Source: Nitrososphaerota archaeon (GTDB lineage: Archaea; Thermoproteota; Nitrososphaeria; Conexivisphaerales; UBA164). Taken from it: DNA of 64,000 bases. The position numbers and the translations under genes were made by a program. The notes beneath the pieces are model-generated. The model had not been told where the DNA came from. It was given only the letters and a program-made list of their open reading frames with translations, and did no database searches. The DNA is taken from assembly GCA_029786595.1 (NCBI GenBank), contig JAFLXO010000004.1, positions 9,817 to 73,816 of the forward strand, in the 5' to 3' direction. Below are positions 9,653 through 18,425 of the stretch, in pieces (within the stretch, counting starts at the first letter, position 1; every line of letters starts with the position of its first letter).

Positions 9653-10487
9653 CGTTCTGGACGTAGATGGTTTCAAGATAAACTTAATGCTGATGCCGCT
9701 TAAGAACATCAGAATTCATGAAGAAGTGCTTCCCAACTATCTTTCTGATCTGACCGAATCTATAAGACAAAGTGGAGTACAGCTAGATCCTATAATAGCA
9801 GATATTAAGACAGGAATCGCACTGGACGGTATGCATCGGATAGAGTCAATCAGAAAACTGGAGTGTAAAAGGATAATGGTTGCCGGGGTTGACTACTCCG
9901 ATCCACGTATAACGCTAAAGAGGTGGCTTCGTTCTGTAAAACTTCCCACAGGGATATTTGATGAATTACGGTATAATTTACAGTTAACCAGGGCCAGGGA
10001 TATGGAAGAAGCGAGATCACTAGTTGATTCAGGGGCATCACCGATAGCCGTTCTAAGCAAGGAAGAATCGTTTATTACATCTATAAAGGCTCAAGGGCTT
10101 GAATATTTTAAACTAGTAAGAAGGTTTGACGCATTGACCCATGGGTTAACTATTTCTCCAATACTCGATATAAATCTAAGGGAATATATTGATGGGGGTT
10201 ATAAGGTCCTTTATGTTCCTACACCTAAAAAGGATGATGTTATATTTTCCGGCATGAGCGGAACGCTATTTCCCCCGAAGTCCACACGCCATTTGATACC
10301 GCTCAGGCCGGTTAACGTTATGTGCCCGCTTGACCTGCTTAAAGGAAGGCTTGCGGACCATGAAGCTGAAGAAAGGTTTAACGAGCTGCTTCTAACCAAA
10401 TCGCGGTCCGAACTCCCGTCCGGTTCAGAATACAAGGGCAGGGTCTACGAGGAGCGATTGACTGTATTTAACGATAGGCAAAGCTAA
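9639..10487 (+). CDS. ParB/sulfiredoxin-fold (ParB-like nuclease domain) protein
   Basis: LKNIRIHEE...LDPIIAD...ALDGMHRIESIRKL contains the DGxHR ParB/Srx core. The C-terminal half is unassigned. Confidence 0.55.
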   Translation: MDRSNVLDVDGFKINLMLMPLKNIRIHEEVLPNYLSDLTESIRQSGVQLDPIIADIKTGIALDGMHRIESIRKLECKRIMVAGVDYSDPRITLKRWLRSVKLPTGIFDELRYNLQLTRARDMEEARSLVDSGASPIAVLSKEESFITSIKAQGLEYFKLVRRFDALTHGLTISPILDINLREYIDGGYKVLYVPTPKKDDVIFSGMSGTLFPPKSTRHLIPLRPVNVMCPLDLLKGRLADHEAEERFNELLLTKSRSELPSGSEYKGRVYEERLTVFNDRQS

Positions 10488-10488
10488 A

Positions 10489-11121
10489 TTGAAAATAAAG
10501 CTTCTAGGCAGCCTTTCCTACAAGGGCCGGACAAGGTTCAATGTAAGGACCCAGGGGCCCATCAAGCTTAAGGCCCTATTGGAAAAGATACCGAATGGGG
10601 AACTGACTCCTGGAAACCCTAATCTGATCGTCTTCATAAATGGTGTTGAATTCCACATGCTGGGCGGATATGATGCCATTGTCAGCGAATCCGATGAAGT
10701 AACAATACTCCCAGCAGCTCACGGAGGCTCTGGCTTCAGCGTCCGAATATCTGATAATGACACGGGTGTCACAGCCCAAAAAGGTGTCATAAGCGTCAGG
10801 TGCAGTCGCAGTTGCCTCCGATATATGGGTCACGTCTATTTTACAGCTTTGCAGACTTGGTATGCTCTTGCAAACGACGAACTGATAGCTAAGAAGCCTG
10901 AAGTGGACTACCTAATGAGGTTGTCACGACAGAGGAGAATCTCATTGGCCGTAAAAAGATGTGGAGCTGAAGGCAAGCCGAATAAGGATGTAGTAACTGT
11001 GAGCTTTGGAGAGTACGACATGATAGGGCTGATGATGCCATCTAAGAATATTACAATCTTACCTGAAACCGGTGAAGATGCACTTATAATGGGTGAAGAA
11101 AGCGCGTTAACTGCCATTTAG
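10489..11121 (+). CDS. cgi121: Ubiquitin-like (MoaD/ThiS-type beta-grasp) domain fused to KEOPS subunit Cgi121
   Basis: N-terminal residues ~1-80 end in ...DEVTILPAAHGG, a ThiS/MoaD-like terminus with a di-Gly. The C-terminal segment LQTWYALANDELIAKKPEVDYLMRLSRQRRISLAVKRCGAEG matches the Cgi121 core (xEILxRASGQRQIxxAIKxxGA). Confidence 0.7.
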   Translation: MKIKLLGSLSYKGRTRFNVRTQGPIKLKALLEKIPNGELTPGNPNLIVFINGVEFHMLGGYDAIVSESDEVTILPAAHGGSGFSVRISDNDTGVTAQKGVISVRCSRSCLRYMGHVYFTALQTWYALANDELIAKKPEVDYLMRLSRQRRISLAVKRCGAEGKPNKDVVTVSFGEYDMIGLMMPSKNITILPETGEDALIMGEESALTAI

Positions 11122-11151
11122 GTAATTCTTATTTATCGGTTTACAGACGGT

Positions 11152-11430
11152 ATGTCGGTTATGGATAAAAAATACGATGTTCAAGTAAAGACAAAGGATA
11201 AGGCTGCGCGGATACCCAAGGAGGTCATATCGAAGGCCAAGATGGGTCTAAGCGGGAAGATGATAGCAGCAATGAAAAAGGAAATCGTAGATTGTCCATT
11301 GGTCAAGGAAGAGGTTCCATTCCTGTACTGCTTTACCTGCCCATCATATATACGGAGGGTAAAGGGCGTAGTGCACTGCGCCGCTATCAAGGGCCCATAT
11401 GGTAGCATGGGAGCAGAGGCTACAGCTTAG
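11152..11430 (+). CDS. Hypothetical small Cys-rich protein
   Basis: VDCP...YCFTCP...VHCAA could be a metal-binding cluster. No family assigned. Confidence 0.4.
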   Translation: MSVMDKKYDVQVKTKDKAARIPKEVISKAKMGLSGKMIAAMKKEIVDCPLVKEEVPFLYCFTCPSYIRRVKGVVHCAAIKGPYGSMGAEATA

Positions 11431-11551
11431 AATATACAACTTACCGCAGTACTTGTGCTGAATGGTTCAGTGTATTTCGATAACAACAAATAGTTATGGA
11501 TCTTTGCCTAATTTAAACAAAGCTTAAAAAGGCTTTAATTAACGCCTGTTC

Positions 11552-12535
11552 ATGAGCATAAAACTTCTGAACATGGAGCAAGTCGGTTCCTTGATTGACA
11601 TGGATGAAGTTATTGAAGTCACAAAAAGGGTTCTAATTGAGAAGGCTAGGGAAGAGACGCAAATGCCTCCCAAGGTCTATGTCTTCTTCGCGGCTTATAA
11701 GGGGGACTTCAGGGTCATGCCCGCCTATATTCCAATGGAAGAGGCAGCCGGGGTTAAGATAGTGAACGTACACCCAGATAATCCCAAGCACAACCTCCCC
11801 ACGGTAATGGCTACGATAGTTTTGCTTGACCCGAAGACCGGAGAGTCTATTTCCATCATGGACGGCACGCTACTAACCAGCATAAGAACTGGTGCTGCAG
11901 GCGCCGTGGCCGCAGAACACCTAGCGAGAAAGGATGTGCGCAAGGTAGCTTTCATAGGTGGTGGAACTCAGGCAAAACAGCAGCTGTTAGGGCTTTTGAG
12001 CGTCTACGGGAATCGGTTTTCAGCCAAAGTTTATGATCCTTCAAGCGAGGCCATCAAGAGGTTGATAGGTTTAGCGAAGGAGAAGGGGGTTGATTTATCT
12101 GAGGAGAGCAACGTCAGGAGCTGCATCAGGGATGCCGATATAATTGTTACAACCACTCCATCAACTAAGCCAGTAGTTGAGGATGGGTGGGTTCAGGAGG
12201 GCGTCCACATAAACGCAATGGGAGCCGACGCGCCTGGTAAAGAGGAGCTGGATCCGAAGTTGCTAAAAAGGTCAAGAATATTCGTAGATGATATCGAACA
12301 GGCTACGCATTCCGGGGAGATCAACGTGCCAATATCAAAGGGGTTGATGGACAGGCACGATATAGCAGGGGAGCTCGGTGAAGTACTGGATGGAAGGGTT
12401 AAGGGTAGACAGAGTGATAAAGATATAACGGTTTTCGATTCAACCGGACTGGCGATTCAGGATATAGCGGTCGCCCATCTTGTATATGAGAGCGCCGTTA
12501 AGAAGGGAGTCGGCTCACTGATCAACTTAATCTAG
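11552..12535 (+). CDS. Ornithine cyclodeaminase/mu-crystallin family protein (archaeal alanine dehydrogenase-like)
   Basis: GDFRVMPAY, LTSIRTGAAGAVAA, a GGGTQA Rossmann motif, and INAMGADAPGKEELD. Confidence 0.8.
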   Translation: MSIKLLNMEQVGSLIDMDEVIEVTKRVLIEKAREETQMPPKVYVFFAAYKGDFRVMPAYIPMEEAAGVKIVNVHPDNPKHNLPTVMATIVLLDPKTGESISIMDGTLLTSIRTGAAGAVAAEHLARKDVRKVAFIGGGTQAKQQLLGLLSVYGNRFSAKVYDPSSEAIKRLIGLAKEKGVDLSEESNVRSCIRDADIIVTTTPSTKPVVEDGWVQEGVHINAMGADAPGKEELDPKLLKRSRIFVDDIEQATHSGEINVPISKGLMDRHDIAGELGEVLDGRVKGRQSDKDITVFDSTGLAIQDIAVAHLVYESAVKKGVGSLINLI

Positions 12536-15311
12536 CCCCTTCAACCACTATAGCTGGCCTTAAGGGAAGCGCTAATCTAGCCCTTTCTATATGCGCTGGC
12601 GACGCCTTTGATTCTGCTAATATATGTATCTTAGCTCCTGCCTCCTTCTCGATATATTCGGAGGCCGATCTGTAAATAAGGAGTTCATCGACAGCGCCCT
12701 TCTTTATGGTCATGCCCTGAAGGGGCGTCATTTCCCTGGATAGCTTATACATGCGCTGTAGCATTTTCTTGTCAATGTTCTGAACTAGCTTCTCCCCATT
12801 AATGATTCTCAGCAGCAGATCCTGTTTTTCCACTTCGGCAGTATATATGAAGAAGGACGGATCTGTAACCCTTACAACCTTCCTTATCTCCCTTATGTCA
12901 TCCGCCAATCTCTTAACTAGCTCAACCCTAAAGTCCGCCTCTTCGATGAAAGCCATATCGGACGGCCAACCTCTGTCAAGCACACTGCCAGAATTTCCGA
13001 GCCTCTCATTCAGCTCTTCCGAAATAAATGGAATGAACGGCTCCAGTACCTTAACCCAGCCGTCGAGGAACTTGAGTATTGCATACCTATTTGGATCAAC
13101 CTTCATATGTAGATAATCCCGAAGGTGATTGTTAAGGTCAAAGAAGGCTATTTGCATGGCGGACCTGGTGCTCATAGATTCTATTAATTCCCCTATCCTT
13201 GTGGCGCCAGTAATTAGCCTGTTTATAAGCCAATCATCCATATAATCATTAGCCAGACGCGGATCCTCCTTTTCCCCTTTAGAGGCGGCATAGATGTCAA
13301 TGAGCTCCAGAAGTTTATTGAGCCTTTCCTTAAGGTTTTTCGCATCCTCATCACGCCAGTTAGCATCATCCATGTTTTCAGCGCTCATCAATAGGGTTGC
13401 CCTTACAGCGTCGGCGCCAAATTGAGCTATAGCGTTGTTTATGGTAAGAACGTTGCCGCGTGATTTTGACATCTTTAGGCCCTCCTTCTTAAGCATGCCA
13501 TTAACAGAAATGCTGCGTGGCCATTTGCTTTCATCAAAAAGCGCTACATGATGAAAGATGAAAAACGTAAGATGATTGGGTACAAGCTCCTTAGCCGAGT
13601 TCCTCATATCAACCGGATACCAATACAGGAACTCCTTCCTCATGGATTCAAGAAGGTCTTCACCGATTCCAACCTGCGCTGATACCTTAGCTACATCCCC
13701 TTCCCCATATAATATGTAATCAAAGAAGGAAGGTGTCATCAATTCAGGATCAATAGCTTGTACCAGGTGCGAAAATGTGTAGTAGGCCATATATACAGTT
13801 GAGTCGCTCAGAGTTTCGATTACCCATTTTTTATCCCATGGAAGGGGCGTCCCCAATCCACTTGTCCTTGCGCAGGGGTAGTCATTGAGCCATGAAATAA
13901 CTTCATTGAACCATGGCCTCGCACTTTCAGGCATGATTTCCATACTTGAAAGGCATCGCCTGACATTATCCTTCCATTTCGTGTCTGAATATCTGAAGAA
14001 CCACTGGTCCGATAGCACCTTAACAGTGCATCTCGCAGTGCACCTGCAAATCACGGGTTCTGCTAGATCAAACATGGAAGCGCCTAAGCCATCCTCCTTA
14101 AGTTTCCTGATCATAGCGGCCCTAGCATCAGGGACGCTCAATCCAGCAAATTCTCCACAATTGCTTTTCATTCTTCCATCTCGGAACTCCTTGGAATATA
14201 TCTCCTTGGTGGCCTCCTTAGCTCCTTCATCCAACTGGCCCCTAAGTTTCATCCTCTTAATCACATCGAGCGCCGGCAGGTTACCGTAGCCTTTCACCTC
14301 TATTATCGATATCGGCTCGATGGCACCCTCCTTAAGATCCAGTAGTGCGAGCATATCGAATGGAGCGTGCGCGGGAACGCTAAATACGACCGCAGTTCCT
14401 AAACTGGGATCTATGAAATCTGCCTTCAGGATAGGAACCTCTGCGGACTTGATAGGCACTATACATTTCCTGCCTATCAACTCTGAACCCTTAAATCGCC
14501 TTTTTATTGTGACATTAAAGAGCTGGTTCTCCAACTTGATTATCGCTTCAGCCCCCACTATCCAAATCCTTCCGTTTACTTCAGCCTCTATATATTCAGC
14601 ATCCGGGGATATCCAGATATTAGTAGTGCCGTAGAGGGTCTCTGGCCTCAGGGTCGAAGCCACCAAAAACTTCTCTTCGTCAGCAAGCTTAAACATAATT
14701 AGTGAAAATTCTTGGGCAAAAACACCTTCACCGGTCAATCGGTCATGGTCCCCAACTGGGCTTTTATCCCGAGGACACCAGACTACCGGGTGCGTTCCCT
14801 TGTTTATGTAACCTTTCTCTTTAAGGGCAAGGAATTGCCATTCCACGAACTTGCTAAACCGTGGGTCGTCGGAAGTTGTATGAAACTCCCTTCGCCAGTC
14901 AATAGATATCCCCAAAGATATTAGGGCGTCACGGTTCCTTTCAGTATAATACCTAGCCATGAAAAGCGGGTCTTTGAATTTAGCCAGCGTTTCTTCATCA
15001 ACGCCGTCAATATCCCTGAACTCCTTTATCATGGACTCATCGCCTTTAGCCAGCCTTGATACCGCTGACGTGATCGATTGGCCGGTCCATTGCCATCCCT
15101 GAGGAAACAGAACGTTGAACCCCTTCATCCTTTTATATCTTGCATAGACATCCAGTTTAATGACGGTAAAGGCATGCCCTAGGTGAAGGGGGCCGTTCAT
15201 ATATGGTATAGGGAAGGTCACTAATACCTTCCTTCTGTTATAATCGACCTCCGGCTCGAACATGTGCCGTGACCGCCAGAGGTCTATCCACCGTTTCTCC
15301 GTCATTACCAA
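12522..15311 (-). CDS. leuS: Leucyl-tRNA synthetase
   Basis: Class I HIGH region (PYMNGPLHLGH) and KMSKS (GLKMSKSRGN). It is 929 aa with an archaeal LeuRS layout. Confidence 0.95.
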   Translation of the reverse strand: MVMTEKRWIDLWRSRHMFEPEVDYNRRKVLVTFPIPYMNGPLHLGHAFTVIKLDVYARYKRMKGFNVLFPQGWQWTGQSITSAVSRLAKGDESMIKEFRDIDGVDEETLAKFKDPLFMARYYTERNRDALISLGISIDWRREFHTTSDDPRFSKFVEWQFLALKEKGYINKGTHPVVWCPRDKSPVGDHDRLTGEGVFAQEFSLIMFKLADEEKFLVASTLRPETLYGTTNIWISPDAEYIEAEVNGRIWIVGAEAIIKLENQLFNVTIKRRFKGSELIGRKCIVPIKSAEVPILKADFIDPSLGTAVVFSVPAHAPFDMLALLDLKEGAIEPISIIEVKGYGNLPALDVIKRMKLRGQLDEGAKEATKEIYSKEFRDGRMKSNCGEFAGLSVPDARAAMIRKLKEDGLGASMFDLAEPVICRCTARCTVKVLSDQWFFRYSDTKWKDNVRRCLSSMEIMPESARPWFNEVISWLNDYPCARTSGLGTPLPWDKKWVIETLSDSTVYMAYYTFSHLVQAIDPELMTPSFFDYILYGEGDVAKVSAQVGIGEDLLESMRKEFLYWYPVDMRNSAKELVPNHLTFFIFHHVALFDESKWPRSISVNGMLKKEGLKMSKSRGNVLTINNAIAQFGADAVRATLLMSAENMDDANWRDEDAKNLKERLNKLLELIDIYAASKGEKEDPRLANDYMDDWLINRLITGATRIGELIESMSTRSAMQIAFFDLNNHLRDYLHMKVDPNRYAILKFLDGWVKVLEPFIPFISEELNERLGNSGSVLDRGWPSDMAFIEEADFRVELVKRLADDIREIRKVVRVTDPSFFIYTAEVEKQDLLLRIINGEKLVQNIDKKMLQRMYKLSREMTPLQGMTIKKGAVDELLIYRSASEYIEKEAGAKIHILAESKASPAHIERARLALPLRPAIVVEGARLS

Positions 15312-15460
15312 AGAATCAAATACTGATCTTATAAGCTCTTAGTTTTCACTGGAATAGAGTCTCGATATGGGCCTTTGTTGATTATATAGTCATGGGCACC
15401 AAAAAATTAGCGGGCTAAGATGAACCAGAAGTATCGGGCATCGCATGCGCGATTACTCTA

Positions 15461-15479
15461 ATAGAAGCCCCGGGCGAGG
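15461..15479 (+). repeat. attL-like direct repeat (duplicated tRNA-Thr 3' fragment)
   Basis: atagaagccccgggcgagg here versus atagtagccccgggcgagg at 33304-33322, with one mismatch. Confidence 0.75.
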
Positions 15480-15562
15480 ATTCCTATATAAACATTAAAT
15501 CACGCCATTATGAATATATGGTATTATAGCGTCTAGCATTAATCTGTCTTTTATTATATGAC

Positions 15563-15697
15563 ATGATATCCAATTTGCTAACCGTGGAGGAAGTGGCAAC
15601 AACGCTGAAGGTGCCGGAGACGACTATCAGGAAGTGGCTTAAGGATGGGAAGCTCAAAGGGGTTAAGCTTCCCAACGGGGACTGGCGGATCCCCTAG
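15563..15697 (+). CDS. Excisionase-family / MerR-type HTH DNA-binding protein (44 aa)
   Basis: Own translation: MISNLLTVEEVATTLKVPETTIRKWLKDGKLKGVKLPNGDWRIP. This is the classical excisionase-type HTH pattern (LLTxxEaAxxLxvsxxTixxwxxxGklxxxkxgxxwrip). It is below the ORF-track size cut-off. Confidence 0.7.
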   Translation: MISNLLTVEEVATTLKVPETTIRKWLKDGKLKGVKLPNGDWRIP

Positions 15698-15720
15698 GAT
15701 GCCGTAAGGGAGATGATGAA

Positions 15721-15975
15721 GTGATGGTCCTGCTAGAACTAAGGAAAGTGACTCAGGACCGCCTGGCGCGCAAGCTCAAGAGCGATATGCACAAATTTGA
15801 AACGATAGACGAAGTCATAAATTATGGCCTTGACGCAATTGAAGTAATGGACAAGCTGGTGGATGACAGCTACGTCATGAGCGTAATCGATGGTGTCTTT
15901 GACCAACAGAAGGCAGACAGAATTACGGAGCTTGAGGAGGAGCTTGAGTCACTGAAGGCAGGGGTTGAAGCATAA
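15721..15975 (+). CDS. Hypothetical small protein (coiled-coil C-terminus)
   Basis: ORF only. The acidic, helical C-terminus is ITELEEELESLKAG. Confidence 0.4.
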   Translation: MMVLLELRKVTQDRLARKLKSDMHKFETIDEVINYGLDAIEVMDKLVDDSYVMSVIDGVFDQQKADRITELEEELESLKAGVEA

Positions 15976-15993
15976 AGGGGCACCCCTTTGGGG

Positions 15994-16347
15994 CTACTCC
16001 CTGGCTGTCTCCTCCGTGAAAGGTGCAGGCTTCAGGACCATCGTTATGCCCTGGTAAATCCTCCAGTCCGTAGTCACTATGAGCAGCTTCCGGACGAACT
16101 TCCTTGCCTCAATCAGCAAAGCCCGTAAGTTTGTGTCGTCCTTGAAACGGTGCCCCTCCTCGATAACGATAACCCAGTTCTTTAGCGCCCCGGAGTTCTT
16201 GACGAAGTTCAGGTGTGAGAATATCGTGGCCGCTTCAGCCTGTGATATCTGGACGTTGGGGTTGGGCACGAAACGAAGCTTTTCCCCGCTTGCCTGCTCC
16301 CACTTTATGCTGAAGAAATGGCCCACGTCACCTGGTTCAGGATCCAC
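15994..16347 (-). pseudogene. 3' fragment of a HerA/FtsK/VirB4-like (DUF87-type) ATPase gene
   Basis: Only the tail is present: WVIVIEEGHRF (Walker-B-like hhhhEExH) and IEARKFVRKLLIVTTD. There is no Walker A or N-terminal part, and the upstream side is occupied by the IS110 remnant. Confidence 0.45.
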
Positions 16348-17189
16348 CTCAGATATTTGCTTCCCTGCTTAGTTATCGGACCATAGAAAGTATTTTCCCC
16401 TGATGAGTGGGTTGATGGTGATAGGCCTGAATACGAAACAAGATGGTTTGAATCGGTGAACCTGCCTATGTCACCGATTTCACTGACTATCATCAGCGCA
16501 GAATAGTACGATATTCCTGGTATTGTCATCAGGTTCCTTGCGTCATCGTTGTTTTCGGCCATCTTCATTATCATATCCGATGCCCCCTTTATTTCATTGT
16601 TTAACGACTCAATCACGTTCAGGTATCCGTTTATCTTGAAATCCTTCAATTCTCTTAACTTGTTCATGTATTCCTGAGTGAAAGGATAACCGTCTATCTT
16701 GACATTGTACATGAGCAGCCTTGCATGAACTTTATTCTTTGTCACTGCCCTAATCCTAACGAGGTTAGCCCTGTACCTTACAAGCTCCCTCAGCTGCATC
16801 ACTTCACCCGGTGGTATGTAGCTCTGGGCTATATACCCTCCCCTTAGCAGGTTGGCAAGGGTTTAGGCATCAATTTTGTCAGTCTTCACCTTTGCCGAAG
16901 CTATCACCTTTGTCTTCAGCGGATTGGACAGGACCACGTTATGCCTTTCAGACAGCGCTCGGTATGCCCAGTACCAGGTTGAAGAGCTCTCTATTACAAC
17001 ATCCGATTTCTCAGGAAGGGATTCGGAGAAATCCCTCAGGCTATCTGGCTCAGACTTCATCTTAACCTCATTGAGCACTTTCCCATTTTCATCCATAACT
17101 GCTGCATTCAGCGTTAGCTTGTGGAGATCAATCCCAACAAACATGTGCTTACTGTCACCTGATTTCCTAATATCCTTATTCCCGCTCAC
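16305..17189 (-). pseudogene. IS110-family transposase, inactivated (in-frame TAA, 3'-truncated); IS remnant
   Basis: The N-terminal ORF (FVGIDLHK...KTDKIDA) and the C-terminal ORF (TIPGISYYSALMIVSEIGDIGRF...GPITKQGSKYLRWIL) are in the same frame (885 nt). They are separated only by a TAA at 16863-16865 (KIDA*TLANLLRGGYIAQSYIPPGEV). The usual C-terminal ~50+ aa after ...LNQ are missing. Confidence 0.8.
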
Positions 17190-17822
17190 ATATAACTAAA
17201 ACAAACAAAGGACCGTGGGTTTTACCTTTATATATTTTGATAACAGCAACACAAACAACAAAAATGCCGTGTAATAACATACAAAATATTGAGGACTACA
17301 ATTTATTAAGCCATACTGTGTGGTTATTTTTTCGATGATAGATATAATGCCATTAAAGCAATTATGCAGGCAAGAGCTGCCCACTGACTCGCTGTTAAGA
17401 ATGTCAATTGAAGCCGAACGGGATTACTTGATGCCAGAGGAATATCTTGCAAAGCTCAAAGTGTGGCATGTAATGTTAGACCGCGAATTAGGCAAAACCA
17501 AGTGGAAGATGCTTTGCAACACGCGAAATTAAAATCTCAACTGATAATTAAAATTAATTTTTATTTACTTTCTATAAAACCAATCAGCTTTTCTGGCTCA
17601 GTTTCATTAAGGCAACCTATAAAATCAGAATATGAAGCTACCTGGTGAATTTGCGAGCAGAAATTAATACTTTTATACAGCGGTACATTTTTTATAAGCT
17701 GCATCACAATGGAGGTTTTAATATCAGATAGTTGGGCTTTACGTTGGTTAAGCCTGAACTCTGAGGGCTACAGCAGGTTAAAATCTTTAGAAATTAGCAC
17801 GGGCTTTTAACGGTAAACATTT

Positions 17823-18425
17823 CTAACAATCAAAATAAAGGTCCGAAAAACTGATAGTTTCTGCAAATTTAATTATGCTATCTTTTGGATCAATATTTAC
17901 GAAATTTTTTTTAATTAATTTCTCTAATGATTCATCGAATATTAATGCTGTAAAGTTGCCTATCAATTGTTTGTATTTATTACCGAAGGCCTTAGTTATT
18001 ACGTAACACCTTTTACGGAGACCTGTCTTAATGACACGCTCATCCTTTTTTTCTATTTTCAAACTTTTATTCCTTTGGTATATTTTACCAAATAACTTAT
18101 TCAGTTGCATATCAATATCTTTAGAATCTGCATCGAACATAAAGATTAGATTTGAGTTAGCATGGGTTATTTGTAACAATATGCCCGGGAATAATTTAAA
18201 AAGTCTGCCTTTTCCGTGTTCCTCTTTCAATAGTATATGATATGGAGAACTTGGCGAAAGGAAGGAACTTATAACATTAGTTTCAATGGCTTTTTCGGAA
18301 TTCCTTTTTCTCTCTTCTTCAAAATTGAACTTCTTATAGACGCAGCCAGTTGTTTTTTCTTTTTTGATAACTGTTTCTACAAATAATGAGTCGTTTGCTC
18401 CTTCCAATATAACTATTTGTTTCAC
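17823..18425 (-). CDS. TOPRIM-like small partner protein (DUF4435/DUF4276/RloB-like) of the upstream ABC ATPase
   Basis: The N-terminus MKQIVILEGANDSLFVE fits the hhhhEGxxD TOPRIM-type glutamate motif, and FMFDADS further on fits DxD. Its start at 18425 directly abuts the ATPase stop at 18426. The family assignment is from motif memory only. Confidence 0.45.
   Translation of the reverse strand: MKQIVILEGANDSLFVETVIKKEKTTGCVYKKFNFEEERKRNSEKAIETNVISSFLSPSSPYHILLKEEHGKGRLFKLFPGILLQITHANSNLIFMFDADSKDIDMQLNKLFGKIYQRNKSLKIEKKDERVIKTGLRKRCYVITKAFGNKYKQLIGNFTALIFDESLEKLIKKNFVNIDPKDSIIKFAETISFSDLYFDC

Noticed and set aside
12802-14924. Plus-strand ORFs inside leuS (12802-13116, 13885-14289, 14320-14634, 14712-14924), and similar antisense ORFs within polB, the RM gene, the cox genes and the aro genes
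   Set aside because: All lie antisense to long, motif-supported genes and have Ser/Leu-rich low-complexity translations typical of shadow ORFs.
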